The notes beneath the pieces were generated by a model, which was not told the DNA's origin, did no database searches, and saw only the letters and a list, made by a program, of their open reading frames with translations. Both the position numbers and the translations under genes were made by a program. Of a DNA stretch of 32,000 nucleotides, positions 15,551 through 23,906 are shown in pieces (positions within the stretch are counted from its first letter, which is position 1; every line of letters begins with the position of its first letter). Source of the DNA: Formosa sp. Hel1_33_131 (lineage in GTDB: Bacteria > Bacteroidota > Bacteroidia > Flavobacteriales > Flavobacteriaceae); NCBI RefSeq assembly GCF_001735745.1, contig NZ_CP017260.1:810001-842000 (forward strand). The letters run 5' to 3'.

Positions 15551-16285
15551 ATGGAGAAAGAAACCAAAATATACGGCCTTCGTGCCATCATTGAAGCCGT
15601 GGAAGCTGAAAACACCATAGACAAGGTTTTTTTACAAAAAGGACTCAGTGGCGAATTGTACACAGAGTTAGAAAAACTATTGCGAAAGCAGAACATCAAC
15701 TTTTCGTATGTGCCAGTTGAAAAACTAAACCGTTTGACACAGCACAACCATCAAGGGGCAGTCGCCAGCATGTCGCCCATCGCGTTTTATGATTTGGAAG
15801 AATTGATCACCGCTGTCAAAGAAACCAAAGAAAACCCATTGTTTCTCCTCCTCGATCAGCTCAGTGATGTTCGTAATTTTGGAGCCATCATCAGAACTGC
15901 CGAATGTACAGGCGTGGATGGCATCATCATTCAAAAAAGTGGCGGGGCTCCCATAAACGGAGACACCGTTAAAACAAGTGCAGGTGCCGTATTTAACATT
16001 CCCATCTGTAAAGTAGATCACATCAAAGATGCTATGTTTTATTTACAAGCCTCCGACATAAAAGTCGTTGCAGCCACCGAAAAAACAGACAACACCATTT
16101 TCGATATCGATTTTAAACAAGGATGTGCCATCATTATGGGATCTGAAGACCGAGGCATCAACCCCTCTATTTTAAAATTGGTGGACGACAAAGCAAAACT
16201 CCCTATGTACGGCAGCATCGCCTCTTTAAATGTTTCTGTAGCATGTGGTGCTTTTCTTTACGAAGCCGTCAGACAGCGTCTCTAA
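15551..16285 (+). CDS. rlmB: SpoU/TrmH-family 23S rRNA 2'-O-ribose methyltransferase (RlmB-like)
   Basis: N-terminal IYGLRAIIEAVEA substrate-binding-type domain. SpoU motifs (LLLDQLSDVRNFGAIIRTAECTGVDGII, IIMGSEDRGI, ASLNVSVACGAFLYE). I prefer ATG 15551 to the GTG at 15536. Confidence 0.85.
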   Translation: MEKETKIYGLRAIIEAVEAENTIDKVFLQKGLSGELYTELEKLLRKQNINFSYVPVEKLNRLTQHNHQGAVASMSPIAFYDLEELITAVKETKENPLFLLLDQLSDVRNFGAIIRTAECTGVDGIIIQKSGGAPINGDTVKTSAGAVFNIPICKVDHIKDAMFYLQASDIKVVAATEKTDNTIFDIDFKQGCAIIMGSEDRGINPSILKLVDDKAKLPMYGSIASLNVSVACGAFLYEAVRQRL

Positions 16286-17010
16286 ACGTCCTTTTCTTTG
16301 AAGTTATAATGGATTTCTAAAGAAGAATCCGCTGTGTGATTTTCTTCCGGAGTTTCTATAAAATTCCCCTCCGCATCAAACTGTTGTAAAAAAGGGTCTT
16401 GGGATTCGTCATAATCTTCATCTTCCCAAACATATTTGGGAGGTTTCGCAATAGCCGTCTTAAAAATAAGGGCAAAAATAAACCCAACCACCAATCCAGA
16501 CAAATGTCCTTCCCACGACATATTTTCTTTAACAGGAAACACATACCACAACATACTGCCATATAAAAAAATGACGACAAACGAAAGTGCTGTCAAGCGG
16601 TAGTGTTTAGAAAAAATACCTTTAAAGAGCATAAAACTCATCAATACATAAATCAGTCCACTCGCTCCAATATGATAGGCAGAACTTCCAATCACCCAAG
16701 TAGAAAGTCCTGAAAATAAAATACCTAATAAAATAACCTTCCACGCAATCGGGCGGTAAAAATAAAACAAGGCTGTGGACAACACCAATAAAGGCGTAGA
16801 ATTATGGTATAAATGTTCCAAGCTCCCATGGATAAAAGGACTGAAAACAACGCCTCTCAGACCTGATAATGTTCGTGGATATACCCCCAGATAATTAAAC
16901 CGATACCCAAACCGAACTTCAAACCAAAACACAATCCAAATCAACAAGACAAATGCGATCGGATAGCCGATCACACCTGTAGAAAATCGAAACGGTTGTT
17001 GTGCGTTCAT
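16282..17010 (-). CDS. Rhomboid-family intramembrane serine protease
   Basis: Multi-pass membrane protein with rhomboid motifs: HGSLEHLYHNSTPLL (TM2 H/N), catalytic GASGLIYVLM, and the His region WEGHLSGLVVGFIF. I prefer the start at ATG 17010 (MNAQQPF...). Confidence 0.8.
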   Translation of the reverse strand: MNAQQPFRFSTGVIGYPIAFVLLIWIVFWFEVRFGYRFNYLGVYPRTLSGLRGVVFSPFIHGSLEHLYHNSTPLLVLSTALFYFYRPIAWKVILLGILFSGLSTWVIGSSAYHIGASGLIYVLMSFMLFKGIFSKHYRLTALSFVVIFLYGSMLWYVFPVKENMSWEGHLSGLVVGFIFALIFKTAIAKPPKYVWEDEDYDESQDPFLQQFDAEGNFIETPEENHTADSSLEIHYNFKEKDV

Positions 17011-17095
17011 GGTTATAAATTTAGGAAACACTAGCAAATAACCCGCCAAAAAAAGGCAATATGTTAGAATGTCACCTTTATATCAAAAAAATCTT

Positions 17096-17103
17096 TAGTT
17101 TTG
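17096..17103 (+). promoter_or_regulatory. Bacteroidota -7 promoter box TAGTTTTG (exact TAnnTTTG match) upstream of rarA
   Basis: Exact consensus match ending 4 nt before the ATG at 17108, the same spacing as at rlmB. Confidence 0.45.
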
Positions 17104-17107
17104 TAGC

Positions 17108-18385
17108 ATGAATGCACCCTTGGCAGAACGCTTACGTCCGAAGAAATTGACCGATTACATCAGTCAATCACACCTTATTGGACCCAATGGGGCATTGACC
17201 CAAGCTTTAAAGCAAGGATTGATTCCGTCTATGATTTTTTGGGGTCCACCAGGCATTGGAAAAACAACCCTTGCCACCATTATTGCCACCGAATCCGATC
17301 GACCGTTTTACACCTTAAGTGCCATCAGTTCGGGTGTTAAAGATGTACGGGAAGTCATTGAAAAAGCAAAACAAAGTGGCGGGTTATTTACCACCAAAAA
17401 TCCCATTTTATTTATAGATGAGATCCATCGTTTTAGCAAATCCCAACAAGATTCACTGCTGCAAGCCGTTGAAAAAGGCTGGGTAACGCTGATTGGAGCG
17501 ACTACGGAAAACCCAAGTTTTGAGGTTATCTCTGCCCTGCTCTCTCGTTGTCAGGTCTATACCTTAAAACCATTTGACACCAACGATTTAGACGCTCTTT
17601 TAAAACGTGCAATTGAAACGGATGAACTCCTTTCACAAAAGAAAATTAAACTTCTAGAAACCGAAGCCTTGCTACGATTGTCAGGTGGCGATGCTCGGAA
17701 ATTATTGAATATCTTTGAATTGATTGTCAATTCGGAGACTGCTACCAAGGTGACCATTACCAACCAATTGGTTTTAGACAAAGTTCAGAACAGTACGGTC
17801 TTATATGACAAAACAGGCGATCAGCATTACGATATCATTTCGGCCTTTATTAAATCCATTCGTGGAAGCGACCCAAACGGCGCTGTTTATTGGTTAGCCC
17901 GTATGTTGGAAGGTGGCGAAGATGTGAAATTCATTGCACGCCGTCTGCTTATTTTAGCAAGTGAAGATATTGGAAACGCCAACCCAACCGCTTTGGTTTT
18001 GGCAAATAGCACCTTTCAATCTGTTGCCGCCATTGGAATGCCCGAAAGTCGGATCATCCTAAGTCAATGCGCCACTTACTTGGCCTGTTCACCAAAAAGT
18101 AATGCGGCCTATGCCGCCATCAACCAAGCGATTGATGTGGTGAAAAATACAGGGAATCTGGCAGTGCCCTTGGACATTCGGAATGCACCTACGAAACTAA
18201 TGAAAGATTTAGGCTATGGTGAGTCTTATAAATACGCCCATAATTACGATCTGAATTTTGTGGAGCAAGAGTTTTTACCTGAAGGCATCGAGAGTACACA
18301 ATTCTATAAACCTGGAAACAATGCACGCGAAAATACACAACAAGAATTTTTAAAAAAACGTTGGAAAGACAAGTATAATTCCTAG
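17108..18385 (+). CDS. rarA: Replication-associated recombination protein A (AAA+ ATPase RarA/MgsA)
   Basis: LAERLRP N-terminus, Walker A GPPGIGKTTLA, Walker B LFIDEIHRF, TLIGATTENPSF, and the C-terminal MgsA region YDIISAFIKSIRGSDPNGAVYWLARML. Confidence 0.92.
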   Translation: MNAPLAERLRPKKLTDYISQSHLIGPNGALTQALKQGLIPSMIFWGPPGIGKTTLATIIATESDRPFYTLSAISSGVKDVREVIEKAKQSGGLFTTKNPILFIDEIHRFSKSQQDSLLQAVEKGWVTLIGATTENPSFEVISALLSRCQVYTLKPFDTNDLDALLKRAIETDELLSQKKIKLLETEALLRLSGGDARKLLNIFELIVNSETATKVTITNQLVLDKVQNSTVLYDKTGDQHYDIISAFIKSIRGSDPNGAVYWLARMLEGGEDVKFIARRLLILASEDIGNANPTALVLANSTFQSVAAIGMPESRIILSQCATYLACSPKSNAAYAAINQAIDVVKNTGNLAVPLDIRNAPTKLMKDLGYGESYKYAHNYDLNFVEQEFLPEGIESTQFYKPGNNARENTQQEFLKKRWKDKYNS

Positions 18386-19176
18386 CGTTGGATGTTCAAG
18401 GCTTCAATCGAAGTCTTTCCATTTTCGACATATTCACGAACCCAGTTTTGTCCACGTTTATAAATAATACCTTCTTGCCCGTCAATGATGTAAACATTCT
18501 CAAACAGCGTTGCATGCGCGGAGTATTTAACAGTTTTTGAAACGCCATCTATGAAATCATAACCCGAATTGGTTTGCTTTATGAGCAACCCCGTTGCCTG
18601 CTCAATAGCTGGGACAGACTCCATAACTTCTTGAGCTGCTACTTTTTCTTCTATGACTTCGGTGACGATTACAGAAGCAGGTTCAACAATCATTGGCTCT
18701 GGTGTTGTTGTTTTTGGGATTGGTATCACCGTTGAAGCGTTAGAACCATTATATGCATAATTAAACTCGCTTAATTCAAAAGCGTCACGAAGTGCTTCAT
18801 GATACGCTTTTTGATATTCTTTCAATTTTGATTTTCCAATCTCCGAAGAGAAAACAACCGTGTTTTTACAATTGGTCAATACCAATTGGAGTTTCGTTGT
18901 TAACAAGCCTTTAAGCCTAACCACATTTGCATTTAACATCAGACAGTTGTTTTGAGCTAAATCCATTGGGTAGTTATCCGATTTATTCAAGACCGTAAAC
19001 CCCTTTTTTTTAAGTAAAAAAAATGTTAGCGAATTCAATTGATATTGATCGTTTGATTTTAAAAAATCAAATTTTTCAGGGACTGAAACGTACTTGTAAT
19101 CGTTGAGACTCATTTGAGCCCATGAACTCATGTTGACACTTAATGCTAGAAGAAAAATATAAATTTTAGTTTTCAT
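18382..19176 (-). CDS. Secreted/periplasmic protein of unknown function (third gene of the envelope operon)
   Basis: Sec signal MKTKIYIFLLALSVNMSSWA|Q. 264 aa. Its start overlaps the stop of the upstream beta-barrel gene by 11 nt. Confidence 0.6.
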   Translation of the reverse strand: MKTKIYIFLLALSVNMSSWAQMSLNDYKYVSVPEKFDFLKSNDQYQLNSLTFFLLKKKGFTVLNKSDNYPMDLAQNNCLMLNANVVRLKGLLTTKLQLVLTNCKNTVVFSSEIGKSKLKEYQKAYHEALRDAFELSEFNYAYNGSNASTVIPIPKTTTPEPMIVEPASVIVTEVIEEKVAAQEVMESVPAIEQATGLLIKQTNSGYDFIDGVSKTVKYSAHATLFENVYIIDGQEGIIYKRGQNWVREYVENGKTSIEALNIQR

Positions 19177-20569
19177 TGTTTTTAAATATATAGTTAAAAC
19201 CTAATTGTAAAGATACACTTTGTGATTTAGCCAAGTTTTGATAATCCAATAAATTATCGGCCATGATGTAAAATTGTACGGCTCCTACGGCGGCAGACAT
19301 CCCAAGTCCAACGTTTGTAAATGAATATGCATCCACAGTATAGGTTGTTTTGAACTGCAGACCTTTGAAGAATTTACGATAATAAAATGCCGACAGTGCC
19401 CACTGTAAATGATTGGGACGTTTCATGGCAAACAGATGTGCCCCTACTCTATTTTGAAAAGTTGGATCTGACTTGTCAAGACAATTGCATTCTTGATCTG
19501 TTTTTTTTCCAAAATTATAACTGACAGAACTGTTGAGTTTTATTGGTCTCCACTTGGTGTACGCAGTTGTGGTACTGTCAATTTCAAATAACTCATCAAA
19601 CACTGTTGAAACCTCATCCCAATAATCTTGTGCCGTTTGGTCTGTGACAACCTCTGGAAACAGCGCTTGAATACCGTCATATTCTAAATACCCCTCCAGA
19701 GCGTAATTCTTAACATCCTTAGAATAATTGATAAAACCAATATCTTGAAGACTTGCATCTATCGTCCATTCTGGGGAGGGTTGGTAGGTGAACCCTAAAT
19801 CGATACCCAACCCTAAATTTCCACCAAATAACAGCCGTTTTTTTAAAATAGCCAATCCCTCGTTGGCATTGGGTTCTTCCAAAAAGGAAAGCCCCGAAGT
19901 TTGTAATTTGATGTCAAGATCAAAAATATGATTCAGGGAATTATCCGCCCCCTGTACCGTCCTAAAAGACCCATTATTCTCTGTTGATGACGCCTGTGCA
20001 ATGCTCGAATATATTTTACCTCTGAGGCCTACGGTCCATTTAGAATTGATTTTTTTATTAATACCCAAATGAAAAACGGATAACACCTCAGCACTTACAT
20101 TCAGTTGTCCTAAATCAAAACGCCTATTTAAGTTATTATGATTTCCTTCATAAGCCAGAATAGCTAAATCTTCTGGAAAGTAGGAAAATAGATCTGATTC
20201 TTGATACATACCAAATGAAATGTAAACAAATTTATCTAAAGACGTCTGTAAGCTAAGTCCCGCCGAAAAGAATTCTAATTGTTGATTGAATCCGAAAAAA
20301 TCCTTGGCATCCATTTTATAAACTACGTCTCTAATTTTTTGATTGAAATCTTTTCCATCATCGGCAAAAACATCAAATGCAGAAAATCCAGTGATGCCTG
20401 CATTAAAATGAATATGAGAGAGTAAGGGCACCCCTATATACCCTCGATGATCGACTTGAGCCCCTGGGTTTAAAAGAATTTGTTGTGGAACATCTTTAAA
20501 ACCATATAAGAGTTGCTTGTTTTGCGCATGTAGGGATACAAAGACTCCCAAAAATATTAGCCACCTCAT
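19166..20569 (-). CDS. Predicted outer-membrane beta-barrel protein of unknown function
   Basis: Signal MRWLIFLGVFVSLHA|Q. 467 aa with alternating hydrophobic beta-strand patterns. Barrel-closing-like ...SLQLGFNYIF lies near the C-terminus. ATGA overlap with the upstream lipoprotein gene. Confidence 0.6.
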   Translation of the reverse strand: MRWLIFLGVFVSLHAQNKQLLYGFKDVPQQILLNPGAQVDHRGYIGVPLLSHIHFNAGITGFSAFDVFADDGKDFNQKIRDVVYKMDAKDFFGFNQQLEFFSAGLSLQTSLDKFVYISFGMYQESDLFSYFPEDLAILAYEGNHNNLNRRFDLGQLNVSAEVLSVFHLGINKKINSKWTVGLRGKIYSSIAQASSTENNGSFRTVQGADNSLNHIFDLDIKLQTSGLSFLEEPNANEGLAILKKRLLFGGNLGLGIDLGFTYQPSPEWTIDASLQDIGFINYSKDVKNYALEGYLEYDGIQALFPEVVTDQTAQDYWDEVSTVFDELFEIDSTTTAYTKWRPIKLNSSVSYNFGKKTDQECNCLDKSDPTFQNRVGAHLFAMKRPNHLQWALSAFYYRKFFKGLQFKTTYTVDAYSFTNVGLGMSAAVGAVQFYIMADNLLDYQNLAKSQSVSLQLGFNYIFKNNEN

Positions 20570-21138
20570 TGAGTGTATTCTAAATATAAAATCCCATTGG
20601 ATATTAAGTCAAGATTTCCTTCAGAATCAGGAGTTAAAACGGAACCCGTAGCGTTGGACACCAACGTGATTGTAATCTCTAATTTAAAACTCGTTTTCAA
20701 AGCTTGCAAACTCATCGCTTCAAAAACCTCTGTGTGTTCAGTTACAAGAGGAATATGAGAAGGAGAATTGTCTATATCTATCGAAAACGAATGCTGAAGT
20801 ATATCCTCTGGATCATAAAAATCCATTTTAATTTGGAAAGCTTTATTAAGACTGTTTGTAACTTCAAATACTAATTCTGCTTTTGTAAGATGGTCATGGA
20901 TAAAGTCAGAAGAGAGCACTTCTAAAACAATGAGATCAGAAATGAATGGCATTTCTGTTCCCGACGCATCAAGAAAAGAAGAGGACGTTTCTTGAAACTC
21001 CATAAAATTAACGTCCATTATTGGAGTGAGAGTAATGGGAGTCGCTTGATCAAAATCCGTATCCTTAATACAAGAGAAACAAACACCTAAAACAATAATT
21101 AGGGCTAAGGGATTTTTAAAAAAAGGACAATTTTTCAT
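20566..21138 (-). CDS. Lipoprotein of unknown function (first gene of the envelope operon)
   Basis: Lipobox ...GVCFSC followed by IKDTDFDQ. 190 aa. Confidence 0.6.
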   Translation of the reverse strand: MKNCPFFKNPLALIIVLGVCFSCIKDTDFDQATPITLTPIMDVNFMEFQETSSSFLDASGTEMPFISDLIVLEVLSSDFIHDHLTKAELVFEVTNSLNKAFQIKMDFYDPEDILQHSFSIDIDNSPSHIPLVTEHTEVFEAMSLQALKTSFKLEITITLVSNATGSVLTPDSEGNLDLISNGILYLEYTQ

Positions 21139-21192
21139 AATAAAACTGGGATTTAATTATTATAATAAACGAACAAATTACAACTTTATGTT

Positions 21193-21882
21193 CTAAATAT
21201 AATTTTTTAATTCTAATAAATGATCCACGCCAATAATATCCGCCGCTAAAGCTTCCTTGTGAAAATTATAACAAATCGCTTCCATTCCAAAATTGAGCGC
21301 CCCCATAATATCCGCTTCAAGGTTGTCTCCAATCATCAAACTTTCTTCTTTGGATGCTTTTGCCATTTGAAGCGCATGATTGAAAATTCTAGGGTTTGGT
21401 TTCTTGACGCCCACCATTTCGGAGTTGGTCACCGTCTGAAAATAATGGTCAATATTAGATTGATTTAATTTCCCATGCTGAACTTCTTTAAACCCATTGG
21501 TGATGATGTGAAGTTGATAGTTCGGTTGTAAATAATCCAAAAGCTCAATCGTTCCTGGAAACAGGTGATTAAACGTACAAAGGTGTGTGATATAATCATC
21601 CGACAATTTATGGATGATTCTTGTTGGAATATCTATTTTTAGTGCCTTAAAGGCATCATTGAGTCGCGCAAATTTTAAATTCTTTTTATCAATTTTTTCT
21701 TCTCGATACAACTTCCAATACTGTAAATTGATGGGGACATACACCTCCAAAAAGGTATTCAAGTCTATATCTAAATTGTTTAATTTAAATACCTTCTCAA
21801 AGGTCAATGCGGAGTTTTTATCAAAATCCCAAAGCGTATGGTCGAGGTCGAAAAATATATGTTTTTTATGATGAAATGTCAT
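21193..21882 (-). CDS. HAD-superfamily hydrolase (YjjG-like nucleotidase/phosphatase type)
   Basis: Motif I FFDLDHTLWDF is 10 aa from the proposed ATG at 21882. Motif II IITNG. Motif III/IV KKPNPRIF...MIGDNLEADIMGA. The longer ORF from 21951 would overlap the upstream gene by 86 nt. Confidence 0.8.
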   Translation of the reverse strand: MTFHHKKHIFFDLDHTLWDFDKNSALTFEKVFKLNNLDIDLNTFLEVYVPINLQYWKLYREEKIDKKNLKFARLNDAFKALKIDIPTRIIHKLSDDYITHLCTFNHLFPGTIELLDYLQPNYQLHIITNGFKEVQHGKLNQSNIDHYFQTVTNSEMVGVKKPNPRIFNHALQMAKASKEESLMIGDNLEADIMGALNFGMEAICYNFHKEALAADIIGVDHLLELKNYI

Positions 21883-23173
21883 TCGTGGAATCGAGTATAA
21901 TATTAAATAATGATTTGAAATCGGACCAACGCTTCGTTGGACTAAACGCATAGTTATGAAAGATAAATGTAAACCTACCGTTTACCTTTTTAACTTCGGA
22001 AATCGCTTTGAGTAAGGTTTCTTTTTTGTCTAAAAATGAGGAATGTTTAAGCAGTACGAAATCCATCAGTTGAAACGGGTGAATCATAAGGGGAGTTTGA
22101 ATTTCATAATCTAAATCATAAAATAAAAACGGCGTACAAGTACCCGCCCTAAATCCAATTGATTCTGGATACCCCATCGTATAATCTGAATTAATTTCCA
22201 GATCAATATAATTTCGATAAGTCGATGGTAAATTAACTTTAGAAAACGAAGAACGTGCCGAGGTTGTAACGGAATTGACCACCGCATCCATTTGTCGTTT
22301 TTCGGATTTTAAAACCGCCATTGAATCTAACGCCATATACGAAGCTTTGATACCCACATTACAGTAATCAGCTACCGATTTAATTAAGGATACAAACTCC
22401 TTTTTATTGATGCTATTATTTTTATCGTAAGTGGTTAAATTACCAATTAAGAAAAACACATTAAACTTTGTTTGCGTTGTTTTTTGACGGTTAATGATCC
22501 ATTTAAAATTGTCGTACGGATCTTTTTTAAATCCAAACAACACAGGAAAACGATCGTATAAAAACTTAAACCGAAACCGAAACAAATCAGATCCGATCCC
22601 TCCTATCGTTCTTAAAAATCCTTTGTTTTTAAAATAATAGGCTACAGGCACATCAATCACGGGATTGATTGAAAACTGGCGAGACTCAAATTCTTGGTTG
22701 GGATACTGTACTTGTAAGGCTGCTTTAAATTTATAAGCCCAAATATCAATTACGGGTTGGTGTAAAAAGCCCGATTGAAAAGCCAAACTTTCTTCTTTGG
22801 TAAAACGCCCATAATTATCTTTAACGTGTGGCAAATACTCTTCATATCGACTTAACAAATAAAAAGCGGCAGAGAAAATGTCAAAAGGGATGTGACTTTT
22901 TTCTCCACTACTAAAAAAACATTTGGTATCCTCCCATGGCTGAACATTCAGCTCTAAATCTGACAAGCCTTGTTCTAATAAAAGCCCATTACTTCTTATA
23001 AAAAACTCGCTTCCTAAAGGTTGTGAACCGTAAGACATTTTGAGACGGTCGTGCGCAATAAATTCTTCAATTACACTCGTAAAAGAAACAGGGATATTGA
23101 GAATTCGCGTACAGATTTGTTTAAAAACAAATCGGAGTCTCGGGGTGATTTTAGAAGTATAAACTAACAGCAT
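21866..23173 (-). CDS. Conserved hypothetical protein, possibly polysaccharide-deacetylase-like
   Basis: 435 aa with no signal peptide. The segments DIFSAAFYLLSRYEEYLPHVKDNYGRF and GFRAGTCTPFLFYD resemble deacetylase-family proteins as I remember them. Not verified. Confidence 0.4.
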   Translation of the reverse strand: MLLVYTSKITPRLRFVFKQICTRILNIPVSFTSVIEEFIAHDRLKMSYGSQPLGSEFFIRSNGLLLEQGLSDLELNVQPWEDTKCFFSSGEKSHIPFDIFSAAFYLLSRYEEYLPHVKDNYGRFTKEESLAFQSGFLHQPVIDIWAYKFKAALQVQYPNQEFESRQFSINPVIDVPVAYYFKNKGFLRTIGGIGSDLFRFRFKFLYDRFPVLFGFKKDPYDNFKWIINRQKTTQTKFNVFFLIGNLTTYDKNNSINKKEFVSLIKSVADYCNVGIKASYMALDSMAVLKSEKRQMDAVVNSVTTSARSSFSKVNLPSTYRNYIDLEINSDYTMGYPESIGFRAGTCTPFLFYDLDYEIQTPLMIHPFQLMDFVLLKHSSFLDKKETLLKAISEVKKVNGRFTFIFHNYAFSPTKRWSDFKSLFNIILDSTNDISS

Positions 23174-23871
23174 TATAATAAGCTTTCATCGGCAAAACTA
23201 AAATAGTTCTTTTCTGTGACAATTATATGGTCTAAGACTTTAATATCTAAACTTTCCGCTGCTAATTTAAATTTCTCAGTTAATTGGGTGTCAGATTTAC
23301 TTGGATGAAGCGACCCAGATGGGTGGTTATGCACCAGAACAATCGCGGTGGCTGAATGCTCCAAGGCTTGCTTCATCACAATGCGAACATCTACAGTCGT
23401 GCTCGTCATCCCTCCTTTACTCATCTGTGTTTTTGCTAGTATTTTGTTGGAATTATTGAGATATAAAACCCAAAATTCTTCATGAGAAAGATGTCCCAAA
23501 AGCGGGTTCATAATCTCAAACACGGAACGACTGGTATTGATTTTATCTAATTTTTTTGGATCTGTTTCGCGACGGCGACGACTGAGCTCCATAGCTGCCG
23601 CAATTTTAATGGCTTTTGCCTCTCCTATCCCTTTAAACGTCATTAGATGAACCGTTGACAATTTCCCTAAATTTTGTAAATCATGATCCACACTCGCTAA
23701 GATCCGTTTGGATAAATCCACAGCACTTTCTTGCACCCATCCAGAGCCAATTAATATAGCAATCAATTCTGAATCGCTCAAGGAAAGGGGCCCTTTATCT
23801 CTTAGTTTTTCGCGAGGTTGGTCGTCTTGAGACCAGTTTTTTATGGGGAATGATTTGGGGGACATTGTCAT
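23173..23871 (-). CDS. radC: RadC-family JAB/MPN-domain protein
   Basis: N-terminal IKNWSQDDQPREKL...LSDSELIAILIGSG (HhH-type region). JAMM motif AIVLVHNHPSGSLHPSKSD. Confidence 0.88.
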   Translation of the reverse strand: MTMSPKSFPIKNWSQDDQPREKLRDKGPLSLSDSELIAILIGSGWVQESAVDLSKRILASVDHDLQNLGKLSTVHLMTFKGIGEAKAIKIAAAMELSRRRRETDPKKLDKINTSRSVFEIMNPLLGHLSHEEFWVLYLNNSNKILAKTQMSKGGMTSTTVDVRIVMKQALEHSATAIVLVHNHPSGSLHPSKSDTQLTEKFKLAAESLDIKVLDHIIVTEKNYFSFADESLL

Positions 23872-23906
23872 AAATTTTTGAGGTTATTTTATATCATTTT
23901 AAAAAA

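Noticed and set aside
17011-17049. 13-codon N-terminal extension of the rhomboid ORF
   Set aside because: The internal ATG at 17010 precedes the first transmembrane segment, and the extension has no supporting feature. This remains uncertain.
19004-19023. T8-AAGT-A8 homopolymer pair inside the 18382-19176 CDS as a phase-variation switch
   Set aside because: It encodes FFLLKKKG in frame. Runs of 8 A/T are common in this AT-rich genome, and no second in-frame product or invertase is nearby.
21883-21951. Longer HAD hydrolase ORF starting at 21951
   Set aside because: It would overlap the upstream gene by 86 nt. HAD motif I normally sits within ~10 residues of the N-terminus, which fits the ATG at 21882.
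23173-23871. radC as part of a defence island or mobile element
   Set aside because: Its neighbours are housekeeping genes (mpl, obg, adk). No integrase, toxin-antitoxin, restriction or phage genes are in the window.
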